DNA of 32,000 nucleotides from Xylanibacter ruminicola 23. Its GTDB lineage: Bacteria > Bacteroidota > Bacteroidia > Bacteroidales > Bacteroidaceae. Of this stretch, positions 26,247 through 32,000 are shown piece by piece. The notes below the pieces were generated by a model. That model saw only the letters and a program-made list of their open reading frames with translations, had not been told where the DNA came from and did not search any database. The DNA is taken from the NCBI RefSeq assembly GCF_000025925.1, contig NC_014033.1, forward strand, positions 3,360,001 through 3,392,000, read 5' to 3'. A program made the translations under genes and the position numbers. The number at the start of each line of letters is the position of its first letter. Positions within the stretch are counted from its first letter, which is position 1.

Positions 26247-28175
26247 ATGAGCAAAAAACTATTATTAACTCTACTCATGGCCTGCGCTATGCAGGCAAAG
26301 GCCGGCACCATCACCAATGCTGATGGTACGGTAACATTCCAGTATAAGAACGACCAGGCCAAAGAGGTGCTGGTTGATGTGCAGTTTGCAGGGCGTAAAG
26401 CCATGCAGAAAGATGCCAAGACAGGCTTATGGACCGTAACGCTGGGTCCGGCTGCCCCCGACATGTATCCCTATTGCTTCGTGGTTGACGGTGTGAGCAT
26501 CATGGACCCCGACAATCCACAGTACTTCCCCAACGAGGGCTTTAAGAACAGTCTGTTGGAGATCAAATCGAAAGACGGATTGCCCCACGACATCAAGAAT
26601 GTGCCCCATGGCACCATGGAGTATATCCATTATTACTCTAAGAGTCTGGGCGGCACCAATACCGCCATCGTGTATTTGCCACCCAACTACATGATGAGTC
26701 GTGATAAGAAATACCCTGTATTCTATCTGATTAGTGGTACTACTGATACCGAAGAGGTTTATTATAAGGTGGGTCGTGTGAACTATATCCTCGACAATCT
26801 GCTGGCACAGAAGGCTGCCAAGGAGATGATTATCGTGCAGCCTTATGGTAATCCCACCAAACTGTTGGCAGCGCCTGCTGCTAACGGTGCCCCACAAACC
26901 CGTTTTGGTGGCGACGTGTTCAGTAAGGACCTGATCAACGACCTGATGCCTTATATCGAGAAAAACTACCGTACCATCAACAATAAGGATCATCGTGCCA
27001 TCGGTGGTTTCTCGCGTGGTGGAAACCAGGCTTTGTTCAATGGCTTGAGCAACCTGGATAAGTTCTCGTATCTGTGCAGCTACAGTTCGTTTACATCAAC
27101 CGATATTGCTGGTGTTTACGATAATGCTGAGGATACGAATAAGAAGATACGCCTGTTCTGGTTGGGTGTTGGTACCGACGATTTCCTGTATGGCAATGCC
27201 CGCGACTATATGGAGTTCCTCGACACCAAGGGTATCCGCAGTGTGAAGGAGTTTACCAACGATAAGTTCGGACATACCTGGATGAACGCCAAGTATTTCC
27301 TGACCAAGACCTTGCCACTGCTCTTCAATAAGAAAGCTGCCGAAACAGCCATGGCTACCGGTGAGCCAGCCCCTGCCAAGACCGGAAAGGAGCAGCAGTT
27401 CACTCCTGGTGTTATGGCCCGACTCTTCCCACGTCCTATCATCTCGCCCGAATATACCGAGGATGGTATCATCTTCCGTTTCAAGGCGCCTGAGGCTAAG
27501 AAGGTGGAGCTGGAGTGCGAGATGCTGCCCGAGAATGTGGCTATGGAGCGCGACAGCGACGGCGTGTGGAGCGTGAGGCTGAACGAGTATCTGTTTGAGA
27601 CCTTTAAGTATTGCTTTGTGGTTGACAGCATGCAGGTTACCGACCCCAGCAACATGTATATCTCGCCCGATGCCGGCTTTAAGTACAGTGTGGCCGACAA
27701 TCCTAAGTCGCCATTCAACTTCGCCTCGCAAGGTGAGATGGATCACGGTCGTGTCAGCTACGACTTGGAGCGTAATACCGCTTTCTATATCTCTGGCAAT
27801 ATGCGTATGGGCGTGATGCCTGCCTTTATCCAGCTGATTCCTGTCGAAGGTGAATCGGTAGAAAGCTGGTTTAAGGTAGGTGGTGCCGATGCCATTACCG
27901 ACCGTTTGATTGCCGATGGCAATGCCAAGCCCTGTATGATCACCGTGAGCGCTCAGGATCTAAGTCAGCAGCAGGGTGGTATGCAGATGCCTGGCTTTAA
28001 GATGAATAAGCTGGACGCCAACGATTATCCTACATGGAGCTTGCGTCGCAGAGCCTTAGTAAAACTGTTGCTCGAAATTAAGAAGCAGCCCGATCCTGAG
28101 TTCCCCGCTATGGGCGGCTTTGGCGGTGGCGGCTTTAATGGAGGCGGTGGCTTTGGCGGCGGCTTCGGTATGTAA
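26247..28175 (+). CDS. CE1-type (esterase D / feruloyl esterase-like) carbohydrate esterase with an Ig-like N-domain, a degenerate second repeat and a Gly/Phe-rich tail
   Basis: 642 aa with a signal peptide. E-set-like module (TVTFQYKN...YPYCFVVDGVSIMDPDNP). Alpha/beta-hydrolase with nucleophile elbow GGFSRGG (Ser codon 27012-27014), GTDDF and FGHTW. A second E-set-like module (IIFRFKAPE...FKYCFVVDSMQVTDPSN). The C-terminus is AMGGFGGGGFNGGGGFGGGFGM. Confidence 0.85.
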   Translation: MSKKLLLTLLMACAMQAKAGTITNADGTVTFQYKNDQAKEVLVDVQFAGRKAMQKDAKTGLWTVTLGPAAPDMYPYCFVVDGVSIMDPDNPQYFPNEGFKNSLLEIKSKDGLPHDIKNVPHGTMEYIHYYSKSLGGTNTAIVYLPPNYMMSRDKKYPVFYLISGTTDTEEVYYKVGRVNYILDNLLAQKAAKEMIIVQPYGNPTKLLAAPAANGAPQTRFGGDVFSKDLINDLMPYIEKNYRTINNKDHRAIGGFSRGGNQALFNGLSNLDKFSYLCSYSSFTSTDIAGVYDNAEDTNKKIRLFWLGVGTDDFLYGNARDYMEFLDTKGIRSVKEFTNDKFGHTWMNAKYFLTKTLPLLFNKKAAETAMATGEPAPAKTGKEQQFTPGVMARLFPRPIISPEYTEDGIIFRFKAPEAKKVELECEMLPENVAMERDSDGVWSVRLNEYLFETFKYCFVVDSMQVTDPSNMYISPDAGFKYSVADNPKSPFNFASQGEMDHGRVSYDLERNTAFYISGNMRMGVMPAFIQLIPVEGESVESWFKVGGADAITDRLIADGNAKPCMITVSAQDLSQQQGGMQMPGFKMNKLDANDYPTWSLRRRALVKLLLEIKKQPDPEFPAMGGFGGGGFNGGGGFGGGFGM

Positions 28176-28192
28176 ATCAAGAGAAAAAAACT

Positions 28193-29377
28193 ATGAGACT
28201 TATATCAACTATTGTACTGTGTTGTGCTGCCCTCTGCGCTCAGGCGCAGCAGGGTGGCCAACTTCCATTAGCTTATCAGGTAGAGAATACTGGCGCAGCT
28301 TTTGCAAAGCCTGCCATGCCTGCAGCTAATGAACTGCCCGTTATCAAGGATCTGCCCGACCCACTGAAAGGCGTGAATGGTTTTAGTGACTGGGCGCGTA
28401 AGCGTAGTGAGATAGCTGCGCTGATACAGCATTATGGTATTGGCGAGAAACCTGCTGTGAAGAAAGAGAATATCAAGGCCCGCATGAGTGGCGACACCCT
28501 CATTGTGGATGTGACCGTGAATGGACAGACACTCACTTTGACCTCTGAAATCAGATATCCCAAAACGGGCAAGGCGCCTTATCCCCTGATGATTGGCTCG
28601 AGCATGATTGCGCTGCCACGCCAGTTGTTCGAGGACCGTCCCATTGCCACCATGAACTTCCACGAGAAGCAGGTGAACGACTACGGACAGTGGGGCAAGC
28701 ACCATGAGCGTGGTGAGCACAACTTCGACCGTCTCTATCCACAGTTGAAGGATAACGGTGCTTATAGCGAATGGGCTTGGGGCTTCAGTCGTTTGATTGA
28801 TGGCTTGGAGCTGTTAGGTCCTGAGGTAACCAAGATTGATACCAAGCGTATTGGTGTTACAGGTTGCTCGTATGCCGGAAAAATGGCCCTGTATTGTGGT
28901 GCTTTTGATGAGCGTGTGGCTCTGACCATCGCTCAGGAACCTGGTGGTGGCGGTGCTGCTGCCTGGCGCTACTCGCATCTGCAGGACAGCGTAGAGAATC
29001 TGGATAAGACCGACTATCACTGGTTCTTGGAGAGTCAGCTCACTAACTTCCATGGCGACAGTGTGTATCAGCTGCCTTACGACCAACATGAGCTCTGTGC
29101 ACTGATTTGTCCACGTGCCTTGCTGCTGTTAGGTAATCCCGATTACAAGTGGTTGGCCGACGATGCCATGTTGGTATCAGCCAAGGCAGCCAAGAAGGTA
29201 TGGGAGCGTTTCGGTATTGCCGATCGTATGGGTTGGAGTATCGTTGGTGGTCACGGCCACTGTCAGTTGCCTGAGTGCCAATGGCCCGAAGTTTTGGCCT
29301 TTATTGATAAATTTTTGTTAGGCAAAGATACTAAAACGAGTGATATTCGCGTTTATTCTAAAACATTAATCAAATGA
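28193..29377 (+). CDS. CE15 glucuronoyl esterase (non-canonical GCSYAG elbow)
   Basis: 394 aa with a signal peptide. CE15 blocks LPDPLKGVNGFSDWARKRSEIAALIQHYGIGEKP, IGVTGCSYAGKMAL, ALTIAQEPGGGGAAAWRY and GGHGHCQLP. Confidence 0.85.
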   Translation: MRLISTIVLCCAALCAQAQQGGQLPLAYQVENTGAAFAKPAMPAANELPVIKDLPDPLKGVNGFSDWARKRSEIAALIQHYGIGEKPAVKKENIKARMSGDTLIVDVTVNGQTLTLTSEIRYPKTGKAPYPLMIGSSMIALPRQLFEDRPIATMNFHEKQVNDYGQWGKHHERGEHNFDRLYPQLKDNGAYSEWAWGFSRLIDGLELLGPEVTKIDTKRIGVTGCSYAGKMALYCGAFDERVALTIAQEPGGGGAAAWRYSHLQDSVENLDKTDYHWFLESQLTNFHGDSVYQLPYDQHELCALICPRALLLLGNPDYKWLADDAMLVSAKAAKKVWERFGIADRMGWSIVGGHGHCQLPECQWPEVLAFIDKFLLGKDTKTSDIRVYSKTLIK

Positions 29378-30318
29378 AGAAGACTATATTATCAGTATGT
29401 ATGTGTTGCCTCTCGGCTATGGCCATGGCTCAGCCAGCAGGCGGATTCGGAGGTTTTCAGGCACCTCAGGTGAAGCTGGAAACCTCGCAGGAATGGAAGG
29501 ATGTGAATTATGCTGGCGACGACCAGGCTTATCACACCTGTGATATCTATCTCCCTAAGAAGGAGCAGGCATCCTATCCTGTGGTGATTCATATCTATGG
29601 CAGTGCCTGGTTCAGTAACAGCAGTAAGGGTATGGCTGATTTGGGTACCATCGTCAAGAGTCTGTTGGATGCCGGTTTTGCAGTGGTTTGTCCAAACCAC
29701 CGTTCGAGCATGGATGCCAAGTGGCCTGCTCAGATTCACGATATTCGTGCCGTCATCCGTTTTGTACGTGGTGAGGCTAAGAAGTATAAGTTTGATACCA
29801 AGTTCATCGCTACCAGCGGCTTCTCATCAGGTGGTCATCTGGCTTCTACTGCTGCTACTACCAGTGGTACCAAGCAGACTAAGGTGGGCACCGTGGATAT
29901 CGACCTGGAGGGCAACGTAGGTAACTATCTGAACGAGAGCAGTTCTGTAAATGCTGCTTGCGACTGGTCGGGACCTATCGACCTGACTGCTATGGACTGT
30001 GGTGAGTCGATGAAGATGGGCGAGAACAGTCCTGAGGACGTGCTGTTGAACTCAAAGTTGGCTAAGGAACCTGATAAGTATCTCAGTCTGAGTGCCAATA
30101 CCTATGTGGATAAGAACGATCCTCCTATCATCATCTTCCACGGTGAGAAGGATAACGTTGTGCCCTGCTGCCAGGGAAAGGCTTTCTTCGAGACGTTGAA
30201 GGCTGCAGGAGTAAAGACCGAGGCTACCTTCGTTCCCGAAGGCAGTCATGGCGGACCAGCTATGTATGTAGAAGAAAACCTTCAGAAGATGGTGAATTTC
30301 CTGAAGGCGCTCCTGTAA
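29374..30318 (+). CDS. Secreted alpha/beta-hydrolase, probable acetyl-xylan or feruloyl esterase
   Basis: 314 aa with a signal peptide (AMAMAQP). Oxyanion-region block VVIHIYGSAW, nucleophile elbow SGFSSGGHLA, IIIFHGEKDNVVP and a late GSHGG. Its ATG overlaps the CE15 stop (ATGA at 29374-29377), suggesting translational coupling. Confidence 0.8.
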   Translation: MKKTILSVCMCCLSAMAMAQPAGGFGGFQAPQVKLETSQEWKDVNYAGDDQAYHTCDIYLPKKEQASYPVVIHIYGSAWFSNSSKGMADLGTIVKSLLDAGFAVVCPNHRSSMDAKWPAQIHDIRAVIRFVRGEAKKYKFDTKFIATSGFSSGGHLASTAATTSGTKQTKVGTVDIDLEGNVGNYLNESSSVNAACDWSGPIDLTAMDCGESMKMGENSPEDVLLNSKLAKEPDKYLSLSANTYVDKNDPPIIIFHGEKDNVVPCCQGKAFFETLKAAGVKTEATFVPEGSHGGPAMYVEENLQKMVNFLKALL

Positions 30319-30333
30319 AATGACTATTCTTAT

Positions 30334-30376
30334 AACAAGAAGTAGCTTTTCGCCATGCGAAAAGCTACTTCTTGTT
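30334..30376. terminator. Perfect 19-bp hairpin between convergent genes
   Basis: aacaagaagtagcttttcg / ccatg loop / cgaaaagctacttcttgtt. It starts 16 nt after the esterase stop and has no T-run directly after it on the + strand. Confidence 0.6.
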
Positions 30377-30382
30377 GGGTGA

Positions 30383-30417
30383 TAAGCTACTTTTCGATTA
30401 GCGAAAAGTTACTTTTT
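30383..30417. terminator. Second, related hairpin with a T-run (likely + strand terminator; also the first structure met by the - strand transcript)
   Basis: An 8-bp perfect stem (ctacttttcg region pairing with cgaaaagt), loop attag, an extension with a 2x2 mismatch, then TTTTT. The right arm gcgaaaagttactttttg closely resembles the right arm of the first hairpin, gcgaaaagctacttcttg. Confidence 0.55.
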
Positions 30418-30420
30418 GAT

Positions 30421-32000
30421 TTAGTCGTGGAGAATTAATGCCGACTGGGCATCTACGATGGCCTTGGAGCCTTTGAGGGTGCCGAGGCCATTCTCATTGA
30501 TGGTGCCATCGCAGCATACGATGGTGTAGTGGCCATCAGGGATGGTGAGCTCCATGGGCTCCTTGTTGGCATTGAGCACCACGATGATGTTGCGCCAGTC
30601 GTCGCGTCCTGCATAGTTCTTCAGACGGAAGGCTACCACACTCTCTGGAGCATCGATAAACTCCAGATGCTTGCGCACCAAGTCGGCATTGCCCAAACGG
30701 AAAGCAGGATGATTCTTGCGCAACTGAATCAGGTTCTTATAATAATTGAACACCTGTGGATACTGCTTCAGGTTGTCCCAGTTGAGCTGATTGATGCTGT
30801 CGGGCGACTCAAAGCTGTTGTGCACACCTTTCTTATTGCGCAGCAGCTCCTCGCCACTGAGCATGAAAGGCACGCCCTGTGAGGTGAACACGGCTGTCTG
30901 TGCCAGCAGGTCGAGCTTGATCAGTTCCTCGGTGGTGATGCCTGGGATGCTGCTCTGCAGGCGATCCACCAGGCACATGTCGTCGTGACAGCTCACGTAG
31001 CTGATCATTTGCGTAGGCTCTGTGGCCCAAGGCTCCTTGCTGTAGTTCACCTTGGTCATATCCACCTGCGGATGACTGATGGCACCAGCGATACCGAACT
31101 TGATGCTCTCCTTATGGCCTGCCAAGCCAGCTAAGAATGCGGGCTGCTTATCGTCGCTGAACGGACCGCGCAAAGCATCGCGAATCTCATCGCTAAAGGC
31201 TGCGATAGTTGGCATCTGTGGGATGTTGGCCTTCATGCCCAACTGCTCGTTAGGAATAGCACAGGCACCAGCACTCCAACCCTCGCCATAAATAAAGATG
31301 GTGGGATCGATGTCGTTAACAGCCTTTCGGATGGCGTTCATCGTCTCGATGTCGTGAACGCCCATCAGATCGAAACGGAATCCATCGATATGGAATTCGT
31401 TAATCCAGTACTTCACGCTCTCAATCATGAACTGGCGCATCATGGGCTTTTCGGATGCAGTCTCGTTGCCACAGCCACTGCCGTTGCTGTACTGACCATC
31501 GGCTGTTTTGCGATAGAAATAGTCGGGATAGGTGCGCTGGAAGTTGGAGTGCTCGATGTCGTAGGTGTGGTTATACACCACGTCGAGAATCACGCGGATG
31601 CCAGCCTTGTGCAGCGCCTGCACCATCTGCTTGAACTCACGAATACGCACCTCGGGCTTGTAAGGATTGGTGGAATAGCCACCCTCGGGCACATTGTAGT
31701 TCACTGGATCGTAGCCCCAGTTGTACTTGTTGTCGCTCAGTCGTGTCTCATCCACTGAACCATAGTCGTAGCTGGGCAGGATATGCACAGCGTTGATACC
31801 CAACGACTTCAGATGGTCGATAGCCCAAGGCTCGGTGAGCGCCATGAACTTGCCTGGATACTGCGCATCCTGACGATTGATAGAGAAGTCGCGATGGTGC
31901 ATCTCGTAGATAATCAGATCTGCAGGCGATTTTGTGACAGGACGCTCATCACAGCACCAGTGCTCAGGATCGGTGCTGGCCATATTGATGATGGCGCCAC
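30421..32000 (-). CDS. pulA: GH13 type I pullulanase, C-terminal ~525 aa (N-terminus lies beyond the window end)
   Basis: The reverse frame stays open past the listed Met at 31983 to the window edge. Type I pullulanase signature YNWGYDP and GH13 regions DVVYNHT, GFRFDLMG, YGEGW and YVSCHDD. Stop at 30421-30423. Confidence 0.88.
   Translation of the reverse strand, partial: GAIINMASTDPEHWCCDERPVTKSPADLIIYEMHHRDFSINRQDAQYPGKFMALTEPWAIDHLKSLGINAVHILPSYDYGSVDETRLSDNKYNWGYDPVNYNVPEGGYSTNPYKPEVRIREFKQMVQALHKAGIRVILDVVYNHTYDIEHSNFQRTYPDYFYRKTADGQYSNGSGCGNETASEKPMMRQFMIESVKYWINEFHIDGFRFDLMGVHDIETMNAIRKAVNDIDPTIFIYGEGWSAGACAIPNEQLGMKANIPQMPTIAAFSDEIRDALRGPFSDDKQPAFLAGLAGHKESIKFGIAGAISHPQVDMTKVNYSKEPWATEPTQMISYVSCHDDMCLVDRLQSSIPGITTEELIKLDLLAQTAVFTSQGVPFMLSGEELLRNKKGVHNSFESPDSINQLNWDNLKQYPQVFNYYKNLIQLRKNHPAFRLGNADLVRKHLEFIDAPESVVAFRLKNYAGRDDWRNIIVVLNANKEPMELTIPDGHYTIVCCDGTINENGLGTLKGSKAIVDAQSALILHD

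Noticed and set aside
24569-27746. Several 200-217-aa antisense ORFs inside the GH31 and CE1 genes (24569-25222, 25511-26131, 27096-27746, 27206-27718)
   Set aside because: All are shadow frames of confidently called sense genes, and none shows a recognisable motif.
28107-28172. The Gly/Phe tail as a type IX secretion C-terminal domain
   Set aside because: T9SS CTDs are folded beta-sandwich domains of about 70-100 aa with conserved motifs. This tail is 22 residues of low complexity.
28120-28329. 69-aa TTG-initiated ORF bridging the CE1 tail and the CE15 start
   Set aside because: It is an alternative frame of the GC-rich Gly-repeat DNA and overlaps two supported genes. The Ala-rich translation is an artefact of reading GGC repeats out of frame.
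1-32000. Scan for rRNA, tRNA, CRISPR arrays, riboswitch-like leaders and insertion sequences
   Set aside because: The only intergenic gaps over 100 nt are 2111-2352, 15232-15368, 21189-21307 and 30319-30420. They contain only promoter-like, terminator-like and short repeat elements. There are no spaced direct-repeat arrays and no cloverleaf-compatible segments.

Overview
This window is a xylan polysaccharide-utilization locus (PUL) of a Bacteroidota genome, most like Prevotellaceae or Bacteroides. All genes but the last are on the + strand. (1) 2-2110: the 3' part of a GH115 alpha-glucuronidase gene. (2) 2353-15231: the conserved Xus core operon, with two tandem SusC/SusD pairs, a surface lipoprotein in the xusE slot, and a lipoprotein GH10 endoxylanase whose catalytic domain is interrupted by two CBM4-like modules. 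It ends in a strong intrinsic terminator. (3) 15369-21188: a tightly packed four-gene unit with no CAZyme signature. It consists of two paralogous pairs, each a polytopic membrane protein with a helical soluble domain plus a lipoprotein with a conserved single CXXCH motif and PD40/TolB-like beta-propeller repeats. (4) 21308-30318: a debranching operon encoding a double GH43-CBM6, a GH31, a CE1-type esterase with a degenerate second half and a Gly/Phe tail, a CE15 glucuronoyl esterase with a non-canonical nucleophile elbow, and an alpha/beta-hydrolase esterase. (5) 30421-32000 (- strand): a convergent, 5'-truncated GH13 type I pullulanase gene. I saw no rRNA, tRNA, CRISPR array, transposase, integrase or PUL regulator (HTCS or ECF/anti-sigma). 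The best candidate for an uncharacterised system is the duplicated membrane-protein/CXXCH-lipoprotein cassette. It splits the xylan PUL, has its own promoter-like box, and uses visibly different codons from its neighbours. All family calls come from motif recognition by eye, no searches were run, and coordinates of short motifs may be off by 1-2 nt.
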